Source: Fibrobacterales bacterium
Lineage (GTDB): Bacteria > Fibrobacterota > Fibrobacteria > Fibrobacterales > JAOPTW01
Assembly: GCA_051532055.1 (NCBI GenBank)
Contig: JAOPTX010000110.1
Span: 1-33,967 of the forward strand
Direction of reading: 5' to 3'
Length of the DNA: 33,967 bases
Part shown: one piece after another, positions 9,810 through 18,942 of the stretch
Numbering within the stretch: the first letter of the stretch is position 1
Layout of the letters: each line of letters starts with the position of its first letter
Made by a program: the position numbers and the translations under genes
Notes under the pieces: model-generated
The model's input: the letters and a program-made list of their open reading frames with translations, nothing else
The model's database searches: none
Told to the model about the DNA's origin: nothing

Positions 9810-10359
9810 AACATTCCCATATTTTTTTTAGCTGCATACATTTTTTCAGATTCTGTTTTGCTCTGACGATGCGAGATTTCAAAGTACCTATTGTGAGTGA
9901 TGCTATGGTTGATGCTTGCTCATAGGAGAGTTGTTGTACATAGATGAGCTCAATAACTTCGGCCTGATCAGTAGAGAGATCAGCTATGCTTTGCTCAATC
10001 TGTTGGTTGATCAGTGGATCACTCTCTAATGGTATTGGAGTAGAGAAGGAATCATTGAATTCGATATTCGTAGTTTGCTTTGCATTTTTTCGGAAATAAT
10101 CCATTGTACAGTTTTTGGATATTTTTAATATCCATCCATGAAATGACCCTTTGGTATCATCAAAGAGAGAAAGTTTTCGGTAAATCTTGATGAGTGCTTC
10201 TTGTAAAATATCTTGTGCTGCATGTTCATCTTTGGCAATAGTCAATATATAGGAGTAGAGCATATGCTGATACTCTTCCATAAGTGTTCCAAAAACCTCT
10301 CCATCGCCATTTAAAATGGTGCGTATAGAGAGTAGCGTGTGTTCTTCATTCATAAGCAA
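9802..10359 (-). CDS. ECF RNA polymerase sigma-70 factor
   Basis: Region 2 AQDILQEALIKIY..L..FD...GSFHGWI..I.KN..MDYFRK; region 4 LSYEQ......IGTLKSRI.RAK; start TTG 10359 or ATG 10353. Confidence 0.93.
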   Translation of the reverse strand: MLMNEEHTLLSIRTILNGDGEVFGTLMEEYQHMLYSYILTIAKDEHAAQDILQEALIKIYRKLSLFDDTKGSFHGWILKISKNCTMDYFRKNAKQTTNIEFNDSFSTPIPLESDPLINQQIEQSIADLSTDQAEVIELIYVQQLSYEQASTIASLTIGTLKSRIVRAKQNLKKCMQLKKIWECYE

Positions 10360-10403
10360 TTATACACTCAAAGGAATTATGTAAAACAGTTAAACAATAT
10401 AAG

Positions 10404-10429
10404 TACGACCTGAGTTCCTAAAAAGTTCC
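10404..10429 (-). promoter_or_regulatory. ECF-type promoter for the sigma operon: -35 GGAACT, 16-nt spacer, -10 CGTA
   Basis: Minus strand reads GGAACT TTTTAGGAACTCAGGT CGTA, about 45 nt before the sigma start; AAC/CGT cores are typical of ECF promoters. Confidence 0.7.
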
Positions 10430-10516
10430 CTCTTTTTTGAAATTATTTGATTGTGCCGATAATTGTATATCAATTAAATAAATAGTCACAAAATACACAG
10501 TGCCTGCACATTTTAT

Positions 10517-10542
10517 GGAACTTTTTAACTCTTCGATGCGTA
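10517..10542 (+). promoter_or_regulatory. ECF-type promoter for the ricin-PHP gene: -35 GGAACT, 16-nt spacer, -10 CGTA
   Basis: Plus strand reads GGAACT TTTTAACTCTTCGATG CGTA; same motif and spacing as the divergent copy. Confidence 0.7.
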
Positions 10543-10620
10543 TCCCACGAGCAAATGTAATAAATGGCAGGCAAATCGCCAGTTCATTTACATTTCGAAT
10601 AACCCTCATTAGGAGAAATT

Positions 10621-12930
10621 ATGATACTAATTAAACATCTAAAGGTGAGTGCAGTGCTCTCTTTACTCTGTGCACCCCTTGTATTGGCAGGTACCTATAG
10701 CGGAGAGTATAACATCGTTTCACGAAAGAGCGGTAAAGTGCTCTACGTATCGGGAAATACCATTGACAATGGAGAGAACGTTAAGCAGCATGATTTAAGT
10801 GATGCCGATCGTGATATATGGACACTCGTACCAATAGGAAATGCAGCCTATACAATCAAAAATAAAAATAGCGGTAAGGTACTTGAGGTTGAAGGTGCTG
10901 ATACAGAAAGTGGCGCTAATGTTCAACAATGGGATTATTTAGGTGCTGCACATCAACAGTGGAATATTGAGGATGTGGGTGATGGGTTTGTTAAAATTAT
11001 ATCGGTACACAGTGGAAAAGCACTCGATGTGGAGGGTAGAAGTGTCAAAAAATGGGCTAATGTACAGCAATGGCGCTATTGGGGTGGAGAACATCAACAA
11101 TGGAAGCTTGATAAAATCGGGGGCCCAGTAGTCGAAACTCCTCAAAATTTTACTGTTGAAGAGGTCACTCCCCAGTCAATCTCATTGAGTTGGTCGGGCA
11201 TACCTGGGACACAATCGTATAAGATCGAATATACCATTGTGGGATATTTAAGCAGAATTATATATGTATCAGGCACAGAAACATCTTTAGTTATAGATGG
11301 GCTTGAATCGCTTTCTAATTTGCATTTTAGAATTGCGGTAGTTAATAATGCAGTAACAGGACCATATAGTGAAAAAATATATGGAACAACTGCTGGTGAT
11401 ATTTCGAATTATAACTTTTATTATGGTGATCTCCATAATCACAGCTGGTATTCGGTTGGCGATGGTACCGGTTCCCCTTGGGAGGCATATAGCTATGCAC
11501 GGTATTCCGCAGGACTCGATTTCTTTGCTTTGGCAGATCACTCTCGGTCTTTTGGTTCAGAGGAGTGGGATGAGATGAAAAGTATCGCACTTGATGCCAA
11601 TGATGAAGGGGCTTTTACTGCATTTCATGGGTTTGAATGGTCTTCAGGTACCTATGGTCATGTTGCGGTAATTGGTACCGATAGTAAGTGTAGTGTAAAG
11701 GAATCTGCTACGAATACTTTTACAGAACTGACTGAGTGGTTAGATAATACAAATGGTGTTGCATTCTTGAATCACCCGGGCAGAGAGGATGATAAACGAT
11801 CAGAGTTTAATCACTTTGGCTCAGCTCCGAGTGACAAAGTTGTGGGAATGGAGTTGTTTAATAAGAGTAAAGGATTTGATGTGTATTATGATAACGATGG
11901 CTATTTTACTCAAGATAATGGATTGTCGTATTTTGATGAAGCAAACCTAATGGGCTGGAAGCTTGGAGCAGCAGGCGGTGGTGATCATCATCAATCAAGC
12001 TGGGGTACCGAAACGGAGTTCAGAATAGCCGCTCTTTCACACGAAAATAGTCGTGATGGTTTGATGGATGCCTTTAACGGGCGTCGTTTTTACTCAACTA
12101 CTGATAAAGATATAGAACTCTCTTTTGAAATTAATGGGAGACCAATGGGGTCAACTCAAAATGAAGGCTTTAGCCGTCTCACTGTTCAAGCACTAGATAG
12201 AAATGGCGAAAAGTTTGAAAGCGCTGAACTCTATTACAATGGTGAGCGCACGATGATACTTTCTGAAGACATTCATGTGGTAAACCATGAAAGTTATATA
12301 TCCGGAGAGGCAGGCTTCTATTATGTAAAGGTGACGCAAAAAGATGGTGGTTCTGCAATATCATCTCCCATCTACTTATCAAATGGGTCAAAAAAGGTGT
12401 CGCTTAAAGTGATGAGCTCAAAAGATGATGCGGAAGAGAGTCCCGATGGCACTGTTACTATAACAAGTACTGATCTCGAATTGGTTGAAGATGCTGATAA
12501 TCAGGTTATTGGAATGCGTTTCAAAAAATTACCTATGGTACAATCAGCTGAAATAACCAATGCGTATCTCCAATTTACAACAGATGAAGATAATGGTCGA
12601 TACACCTTCCTCACAATTGTGGGCCATGATATTGGCTATGCCTCTGGATTTTCAGAAACCGACAATAATATAACTGATCGTCATCGCACTGATGCAACGG
12701 TTACTTGGGTTCCTGATTCGTGGAATACTATTGGTGAAGCTTCAGCGGCTCAACGCTCACCTGATCTTACATCAATTATACAAGAAATTGTAAATCGTTC
12801 TGATTGGAATAAAGGCAATGCCCTTGCATTAATTATAGAGGGAAGTGGAAAACGTGTTGCAGATAGTTTTGATGGTGAATCAAATGATGAAACGAGTACT
12901 GCTCCATTCTTAGTGATAGAATATAAATAG
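10621..12930 (+). CDS. Secreted multidomain protein: ricin B lectin, FN3, PHP-fold (CehA/McbA-like) metallohydrolase, Ig-like and C-terminal beta-sandwich module
   Basis: AGGAG RBS; signal peptide; SGKVLEV/NVQQW/HQQW QxW repeats; PQN..V......ISLSW FN3; DLHNHS, DH, GFEW, NHPG and GDHH metal ligands; DDAEE..DLEL..GMRF module. Confidence 0.85.
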   Translation: MILIKHLKVSAVLSLLCAPLVLAGTYSGEYNIVSRKSGKVLYVSGNTIDNGENVKQHDLSDADRDIWTLVPIGNAAYTIKNKNSGKVLEVEGADTESGANVQQWDYLGAAHQQWNIEDVGDGFVKIISVHSGKALDVEGRSVKKWANVQQWRYWGGEHQQWKLDKIGGPVVETPQNFTVEEVTPQSISLSWSGIPGTQSYKIEYTIVGYLSRIIYVSGTETSLVIDGLESLSNLHFRIAVVNNAVTGPYSEKIYGTTAGDISNYNFYYGDLHNHSWYSVGDGTGSPWEAYSYARYSAGLDFFALADHSRSFGSEEWDEMKSIALDANDEGAFTAFHGFEWSSGTYGHVAVIGTDSKCSVKESATNTFTELTEWLDNTNGVAFLNHPGREDDKRSEFNHFGSAPSDKVVGMELFNKSKGFDVYYDNDGYFTQDNGLSYFDEANLMGWKLGAAGGGDHHQSSWGTETEFRIAALSHENSRDGLMDAFNGRRFYSTTDKDIELSFEINGRPMGSTQNEGFSRLTVQALDRNGEKFESAELYYNGERTMILSEDIHVVNHESYISGEAGFYYVKVTQKDGGSAISSPIYLSNGSKKVSLKVMSSKDDAEESPDGTVTITSTDLELVEDADNQVIGMRFKKLPMVQSAEITNAYLQFTTDEDNGRYTFLTIVGHDIGYASGFSETDNNITDRHRTDATVTWVPDSWNTIGEASAAQRSPDLTSIIQEIVNRSDWNKGNALALIIEGSGKRVADSFDGESNDETSTAPFLVIEYK

Positions 12931-12962
12931 TACGTATATGTTCATAGTATAGGTAACGAATT

Positions 12963-12991
12963 AAGGAGCTCATGTACTGGGCTCCTTTTTT
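12963..12991 (+). terminator. Intrinsic terminator
   Basis: AAGGAGCTC...GGGCTCCTT stem followed by a T-run, between convergent genes. Confidence 0.75.
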
Positions 12992-13034
12992 GCGTCTGCT
13001 CTTGAGTACTGCTGAGTGTCGCTTTCTGTATCGT

Positions 13035-14735
13035 TTAGAATTGGCTACAGGCAGAATGAGTACAGTGTGTTTCTACGAGTTTCCAATCAATAGTCGTTTC
13101 ACTTTCGGGGAATTTTCTGTAGGCATTTAAATTCCGAGGTTCAAAGGTGAGGGAGTATGTTGAATCGCTATTCCATAACGTTATTTCATTTGGGAAATAA
13201 TCTTCTATACTCGTGGAATGGATGCTTTCAAACATTTCATCTATGGCAAAGGTGAAGAGGGTTGTGTGGGTATCTGAATTGAGTGTATGGGGGCTGATGG
13301 CGTGCAGAGGGGCACTGATCTGTTCCCAACCAGACTGAGTGTATTTGATTACTCCTTTGGTAATCGTCAATGTGTCGTTGCCTTTACAGGTCGTACATGA
13401 CGATATGAGGGATGAGAAATCATCTTGGAGTGGGGTCAGATAAATGAGTCCCTTTTTGTTTTCTTCGATTGTATTTATCTCTTTGGTATGCTCATTGCTG
13501 TAGCTGACATTACAGAGAGTCTCTTTGACGGGTATCTCATTTTCTGTACAGTGTGCATAGGTTGATGCATCATATGAGTCGGCAGGAGCAAGGGGAAGAA
13601 TGTTATTAAAAAAGCAGGGTGCCGTTATTGACATATAGGCCTTGGAGTTGAGCATCTTACGCTCTGCAATAAAAAAGTCGAGGGTTATCGAGTCTCCAAC
13701 TTCTATTCCTAATTGTTGGAATTCTTCTGAGAGTGAAAAGGTGTCGAGTAATCCATATTGAGGACCACCAAGTTCGATGACTAAGGTGCCATTGAGGTAC
13801 ACAAAGATGTCATCTTCACCCCCCATTTCAAATAGTTGATTCGGTGTGCCATCATACAAAAAAGTATGCTGAAAGTGTGCGGCAAAATAGTAATTCAGTG
13901 TATCGGGATCCTTCCATGTTGCTTCTGGAGAATCCAGGGGGAAAAAATTGTTATCCCAATATTGATAGGTGCCGTTTCCTACATAGAGAAAAGGAATGGT
14001 GGTATTAACTTTGTTAAATTCAGCTTCGGTCCACCACTCTTCTAAATGGTCGTTGTCTGTGTGTATTGAATCGAGCTGGGGGAGGCCATTGAGGCCCAAT
14101 TCTTTTTTGACCATGCCCGTAACAGCTCTTCCAGTGTTTAATCCAGTGCTTGTTTTTCTAATAGTTGTATCAGGATTATTCTGGCTATCGAGTACGATGA
14201 TGGTGTCGTAAGTGTAATCCGATGGGTAACTGCGAATTGTCGGGCTCCCAAAATCATCCCATGTGTTGGTATGATCATAGACGGTTAAAGGGAGGTGTAT
14301 AATTGAAGGGGCTGTAACGGGAACTCCATTACAACTCCCAACATCTAATAAGCCATTGCGCTCTTTATAGGTGTCTGGTTTTGACTCCTCGCTACTGATA
14401 GGTGTGAATGAACTACTTGACAGTGATTCGCCACTACTAATCGTTGCTCCCGAACTACTCGAACTTGATTCTCCATTATTCTCAGTAGATGAAAGATTGC
14501 TGGAGTTGTTTACAGCAGATGAAACTGAAGAAGATGGTGTTGAAGAACTACTGTTTTCATGTGATGAATTGTCGGCGTTCGTAACAGAAGAGTTGGTTCC
14601 TTCTGAATAGGAAACAGAAGAGTCTTGTGAGCTGAGTGTTTCAGCAGGTTCTTTCGATACAATATCACAGGATATGATACTGAGGAGTGTTAGAAAAGGA
14701 AGGAGCTTCCGAATAGTAAGCATAGTGTATCTCAT
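13035..14735 (-). CDS. Fibro-slime (PA14-like) domain lipoprotein with Ser-rich linker
   Basis: Lipobox IISC; GMVKKELG.NGLP, NNFFPLD, NYYF..H....F.Y, GEDDIFVYLNGTLVIELGG and LDFFIAER motifs. Confidence 0.85.
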   Translation of the reverse strand: MRYTMLTIRKLLPFLTLLSIISCDIVSKEPAETLSSQDSSVSYSEGTNSSVTNADNSSHENSSSSTPSSSVSSAVNNSSNLSSTENNGESSSSSSGATISSGESLSSSSFTPISSEESKPDTYKERNGLLDVGSCNGVPVTAPSIIHLPLTVYDHTNTWDDFGSPTIRSYPSDYTYDTIIVLDSQNNPDTTIRKTSTGLNTGRAVTGMVKKELGLNGLPQLDSIHTDNDHLEEWWTEAEFNKVNTTIPFLYVGNGTYQYWDNNFFPLDSPEATWKDPDTLNYYFAAHFQHTFLYDGTPNQLFEMGGEDDIFVYLNGTLVIELGGPQYGLLDTFSLSEEFQQLGIEVGDSITLDFFIAERKMLNSKAYMSITAPCFFNNILPLAPADSYDASTYAHCTENEIPVKETLCNVSYSNEHTKEINTIEENKKGLIYLTPLQDDFSSLISSCTTCKGNDTLTITKGVIKYTQSGWEQISAPLHAISPHTLNSDTHTTLFTFAIDEMFESIHSTSIEDYFPNEITLWNSDSTYSLTFEPRNLNAYRKFPESETTIDWKLVETHCTHSACSQF

Positions 14736-14920
14736 AGGGGGATAATTTTAAAATATAGAAAATGCTCGAATGAGTTAAACGATAGGGTGATTTTTTGGAA
14801 GTGAATAGGAGTTTTTTTACTTTAGATTTGAGTTGATTGTGGTAAAATAAAGTGTATTATTGAGTAACACTATTAGAAATTGTTTTCGTTCTTCAAAATT
14901 TTTTTTACCTGGGAAATCCT

Positions 14921-15139
14921 ATGCTTAAATACTTATTTATACTCATACTAGTAATTCTCATGACCACTCAATGTGCATTCTATGATGACGCTATAGATGA
15001 GGAGCAATGTGTTGTTAATGGGGAAACGTATAACCATGGAGAGGCGGTACCCTGCAACGATAGTTGCAATAGCTGTACCTGTTCAAATGGTCAAATTGGC
15101 TCAACACTGATAGGTTGTGTAGAGTCTTCATCTGAGTAA
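14921..15139 (+). CDS. Small Cys-rich lipoprotein with pacifastin/VWC-like domain
   Basis: Signal peptide ending TTQC; CVVNGETYNHGE..PC.D.CNSCTCSNG...STLIGC. Confidence 0.7.
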   Translation: MLKYLFILILVILMTTQCAFYDDAIDEEQCVVNGETYNHGEAVPCNDSCNSCTCSNGQIGSTLIGCVESSSE

Positions 15140-15146
15140 ATACTCC

Positions 15147-16031
15147 TTATTGAGCCTGTATGCATCGAATAGCATGGTACTCACTAGTACTGGGTTTTGA
15201 GAGTGTAAGAGAGTGCGAAAGGGTTAGGACCACAAGCGAATCGAGGGGGAATCTTTCGTTGGGGAGTGTCCACCATGAAGCGTTAGAACCACCATTTACA
15301 TAATTGAGATAGCTGCCATACCAATCGGTTGATACTCTTCCTGAGGGGAGGGCCCAAAAAGCGGTTGAATCGACACTGTTCAAAGAGTCAATCAGCCATC
15401 CAACAGGGGCGCGTAGTTGATTGACAATGGTGTCAAGATCGATGTCTTCATTTGCTAGGGAATCTAATGCGCTGGAATCAATTGGGGTTACCGGTGTTTG
15501 TGCTGTTTCTAATACTGGTATTGAATCCAACAATGATTTGCCGGTCGTTTGAGCGAGATGATTGAGTAGTACATCCCAATCATCAATGGTAGGAATACTC
15601 CAACCTGCTGGGCACAGTGAATGAATGGACGTGTCATATTGAAGGACATCAGGGCTATACCATTCTTCATCATACATGCGTAGAGATTCAGGGGATACGA
15701 GTGCATACCTTGAGTAGAGATGACCTAAAATGCTGCAGTTTGTGGATTGGTTATCATAACAAGTGGCATATCTATTCGAGTCACTTGAGGAACCCTTTGT
15801 AATAATATAGGAGAGGTTTTTGCCGAGCCATGACTGACTGCCAATGGTGACTACGGGATAGAAGGTACTGTCTCTTTCATCAATAATGCCCTCTGTACTC
15901 GGATGAGTGAGCTCAGGGATACTGGGGGTGATTTCTTTTTCTATGTCCATACCGGTGTCACAGCCGAGTAGAGAAAGAACCCCAACTATAGATATCAATA
16001 CCATGCTCCACTGTGTCATCTTCATACTCAT
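15147..16031 (-). CDS. FISUMP (Fib_succ_major) domain lipoprotein
   Basis: Lipobox LLGC; IDERD..FY.VVTIGSQSWLGKNLSY, CY, G.LY, LCPAGWSIPT..DW, F.ALPSG, WWT and IRCI motifs. Confidence 0.88.
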   Translation of the reverse strand: MSMKMTQWSMVLISIVGVLSLLGCDTGMDIEKEITPSIPELTHPSTEGIIDERDSTFYPVVTIGSQSWLGKNLSYIITKGSSSDSNRYATCYDNQSTNCSILGHLYSRYALVSPESLRMYDEEWYSPDVLQYDTSIHSLCPAGWSIPTIDDWDVLLNHLAQTTGKSLLDSIPVLETAQTPVTPIDSSALDSLANEDIDLDTIVNQLRAPVGWLIDSLNSVDSTAFWALPSGRVSTDWYGSYLNYVNGGSNASWWTLPNERFPLDSLVVLTLSHSLTLSKPSTSEYHAIRCIQAQ

Positions 16032-16134
16032 TTACTCGTTCGTACTCTATCAGTAAGTACAAATGTAGATAAAATATGTGTGTTTCGCCGTTGACTCCTC
16101 AGTACTCACCTTAAGCTGAAATTAAACTTAAAAA

Positions 16135-17520
16135 ATGCTATGTTTACGCCATATGCGAATACAACGAGTTATCATCTTACTTCTTCTCCCTTTCATCTGT
16201 TCTGCTCAGAGTCAGATGTATCGTGACGCGTATCGCTATCTTACTGACAATCCGTCATATATTGAGGATAACCCTGCTATTCTCTCAACGACCCAGGGAA
16301 TATATGCCGATGTATCGGTCATAGAAAATCAATTTACCTGGCTTGTTGCTATTCCACTGGTGAATGATTGGCGGTTTGCGGCTACTGTTATTGCTCGAGA
16401 AGGACGGTGGTCTTATAACAACATGTATGGTTATGCTGATGAATATTCTCAGTATAGACCAAAGGGCTATATGGGTTTTCATCTTTCAAATATGTGGCGG
16501 AGTCCTTTGACGGGAGTTGATTCCTTAGTAGTTGGTGTTTCTACTTTGAATGCTACGAACACTTCTTTTTTATCAGAAGTACGGACAACTCTTGGAGTAC
16601 TTATCTATGCTCATAATACGCCTGGAAGTTGGCCGTTGGTTCTCGGCGCTGCCATTGCATCAGAACCAGATGTAGAGGATCGCTTAGATATTGATATGAA
16701 ACTTTCTCACCCCAGTACCACCCTCTCTTTAGTAGGTGCTTATTCCATAATGGGCGATGATAGAGAATTCCGATATTTAGAGTATCCACTCCTCCGTGGT
16801 GTCCGTCGGCTCGGTATTATGATTCACCCAACCCCTTGGCTCACCTTTGGGTATAGTAGACTGGTGGAAGGTGAATCTGAATATCGTTTAGGCGTGAGTA
16901 CTATTCAAAAAGGATATTTGAGCGCTGTAGGGCTAGAGCTTTATGGTGTGCATGGTGCCGGTAAAAACACCTGGTCTAAGGGGCAGGTGATTGGCCTTAA
17001 TGTACATATGGGATTTATGGGTGGGATGTGCCAGGGATCGGATACGGTCCGGTCGCTGGGGGATACTTATTATCCTACGTTTCGACCTGATTCTCTTACG
17101 AGTAAACTCTCTAATACACAGCGTGTACAGAAACTCTTGTATCATCAACAAAAAATTGGCGTGACTCGTGGAGCAGTGCTCCCGGTCCTGGCCACGTTCT
17201 CGGGAGTGGGGACGTTTCTTTTACCTCTGGGCACCAATAACTTTATTGTGGGGAACCATGCAACGGGTCTCAAGTTTCTTACGGCTCAAGTTGGGGCAGG
17301 GTTGTTTATCTATTATACTCAAAGAACCTTTTCACGAGTCGGTGGAGACGTTGGTTGGATCTCGGCGGGGCTTACCACATTCTTTGCACTTAAAGTGTGG
17401 GACTTTCTTATTGCGAGTGAGTATGTGCGTGAACATAATGAAGGGCTCAAGATTAAATTGAAGATGGCTCCTACAGAAAAAGTGGATGGTGTAACGGTGG
17501 GGGTGTCTGTTGAATTTTAA
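16135..17520 (+). CDS. Hypothetical exported protein: N-terminal beta-strand-rich region and C-terminal hydrophobic helical module
   Basis: 461-aa ORF with signal peptide; terminal VGVSVEF. Confidence 0.6.
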   Translation: MLCLRHMRIQRVIILLLLPFICSAQSQMYRDAYRYLTDNPSYIEDNPAILSTTQGIYADVSVIENQFTWLVAIPLVNDWRFAATVIAREGRWSYNNMYGYADEYSQYRPKGYMGFHLSNMWRSPLTGVDSLVVGVSTLNATNTSFLSEVRTTLGVLIYAHNTPGSWPLVLGAAIASEPDVEDRLDIDMKLSHPSTTLSLVGAYSIMGDDREFRYLEYPLLRGVRRLGIMIHPTPWLTFGYSRLVEGESEYRLGVSTIQKGYLSAVGLELYGVHGAGKNTWSKGQVIGLNVHMGFMGGMCQGSDTVRSLGDTYYPTFRPDSLTSKLSNTQRVQKLLYHQQKIGVTRGAVLPVLATFSGVGTFLLPLGTNNFIVGNHATGLKFLTAQVGAGLFIYYTQRTFSRVGGDVGWISAGLTTFFALKVWDFLIASEYVREHNEGLKIKLKMAPTEKVDGVTVGVSVEF

Positions 17521-18370
17521 ATATAGTATGATCCTCGTTACTCTGATGAGTGTGCTTCATGCTCAAAATACAATTGTGGTGGTACCGATGTCAGATGCTG
17601 TCTCTCCAGATGGCTCTATATCAGGCTTACCATTATCAAATGATACAATAGTTGAGAGTGCACCCATAGACACACTTGTGGCGGTACCTCAAATGGACTC
17701 TATGACTTCTGTTGATACCGTGGTCGCCCTTGATTCTGTTGAAGCCGTACTTACCAAGGATACTGTTGAGTCTCTCGCTCTTGAAGAGAAGGACGCCCCT
17801 AAAAATATTCCAAAAACTGAGTCAACTCACACACCGGATTCCTATGGGGTTGAAGGTCTGAATGGGTATCTGTTTTCTCTTAATGATACCCTTCATTGGG
17901 AGGCGGTGATCTTTCCATTCAGCAGTTTTGCCACTGATGGCATCAAGCTTGATATTCGGTACCGTGGCACTTTTATGTATGGCGATCTATTGGCAACCCT
18001 TCAAGGGGGGACTCATTATTTTGGTCATACGTATACCAGTTATGGAGCAGGCTTAGGATTTACTCTCCATAATGGTACCGACTGGAGTTGGTATTCAAAG
18101 GTGAGTATTACTGGGTATGCCTATGAATATCGTGAAACGCAAGCCCCCATTTCGCTTTATGATGAACCTATTCTCATCAAAGAATGGGCATACGCACTCT
18201 ATCCTGAAATTATTGTGGGCTATAAAATCCGTTTTATCAATAACTTCACTCTTGAGGGTGGGGTAGACTGGTATGGGGTGTATGAATGGGCCAATGAAAC
18301 CGCAGAGGGAGCGACTGATCGTTTTCTTTTTCCTGTTGTAGTGTGTGTAGGGATTGGGTATCGCTTTTAA
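17510..18370 (+). CDS. Hypothetical outer-membrane beta-barrel protein with acidic low-complexity N-terminal linker
   Basis: Signal peptide; D[ST]-V/I repeats; amphipathic strands; terminal GIGYRF; overlaps the upstream stop. Confidence 0.65.
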   Translation: MNFKYSMILVTLMSVLHAQNTIVVVPMSDAVSPDGSISGLPLSNDTIVESAPIDTLVAVPQMDSMTSVDTVVALDSVEAVLTKDTVESLALEEKDAPKNIPKTESTHTPDSYGVEGLNGYLFSLNDTLHWEAVIFPFSSFATDGIKLDIRYRGTFMYGDLLATLQGGTHYFGHTYTSYGAGLGFTLHNGTDWSWYSKVSITGYAYEYRETQAPISLYDEPILIKEWAYALYPEIIVGYKIRFINNFTLEGGVDWYGVYEWANETAEGATDRFLFPVVVCVGIGYRF

Positions 18371-18447
18371 TCTAGAGCTATTGGTGACCTAGTATAAACA
18401 GATATTACTTTCTACTTTGTGTGTATTCTTATTAATTGATTCCAAAA

Positions 18448-18942
18448 ATGAAACTTATACATACATGCTATTTTATCACTTTGATTGCGCTCTCGTCGTG
18501 CTCTTATTTAAATGATCCTGATACTACGTATCCTGATCAAATTACCTACACAGACATTAAGGGGTGCTGGCAATATATTGACGCCTACTACCCTGATCAC
18601 CTTGACTCAGGAAGAGTAGAGTGCATAGAGTATTGCTTTGATAGAGATTCTGTCCAAAAGAATGAGATGAACTATGACGATGGTGAAGTAATGTGGGCTC
18701 GCAGTTCAAGCAATCCCTATTTCTTTGATTATTTTAATTCATCAGGTGAGTATGTTGGAAATATTTATTGGGGTGAGGAAGACCACTATATTGAATGGAA
18801 TATAATACCTCATGAGGAATACTTGGATCTCTCAGGGTATACTGCGTATCAGTCTGAATGGGCTTTTAAAAAATACCACGAAGTAAGTACTCATACCGGT
18901 ATTGGTGAACAATCAGGAGGGCTTTCATGTCGCGAAGAATAA
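18448..18942 (+). CDS. Hypothetical lipoprotein (lipocalin-like start motif)
   Basis: ATG 18448; lipobox LSSC; DIKGCWQY. Confidence 0.65.
   Translation: MKLIHTCYFITLIALSSCSYLNDPDTTYPDQITYTDIKGCWQYIDAYYPDHLDSGRVECIEYCFDRDSVQKNEMNYDDGEVMWARSSSNPYFFDYFNSSGEYVGNIYWGEEDHYIEWNIIPHEEYLDLSGYTAYQSEWAFKKYHEVSTHTGIGEQSGGLSCREE

Noticed and set aside
10560..10600. GGCAAA-containing stem as a c-di-GMP-I riboswitch
   Set aside because: Lacks the GAAA-capped P2 and the GACGCAAA receptor arm
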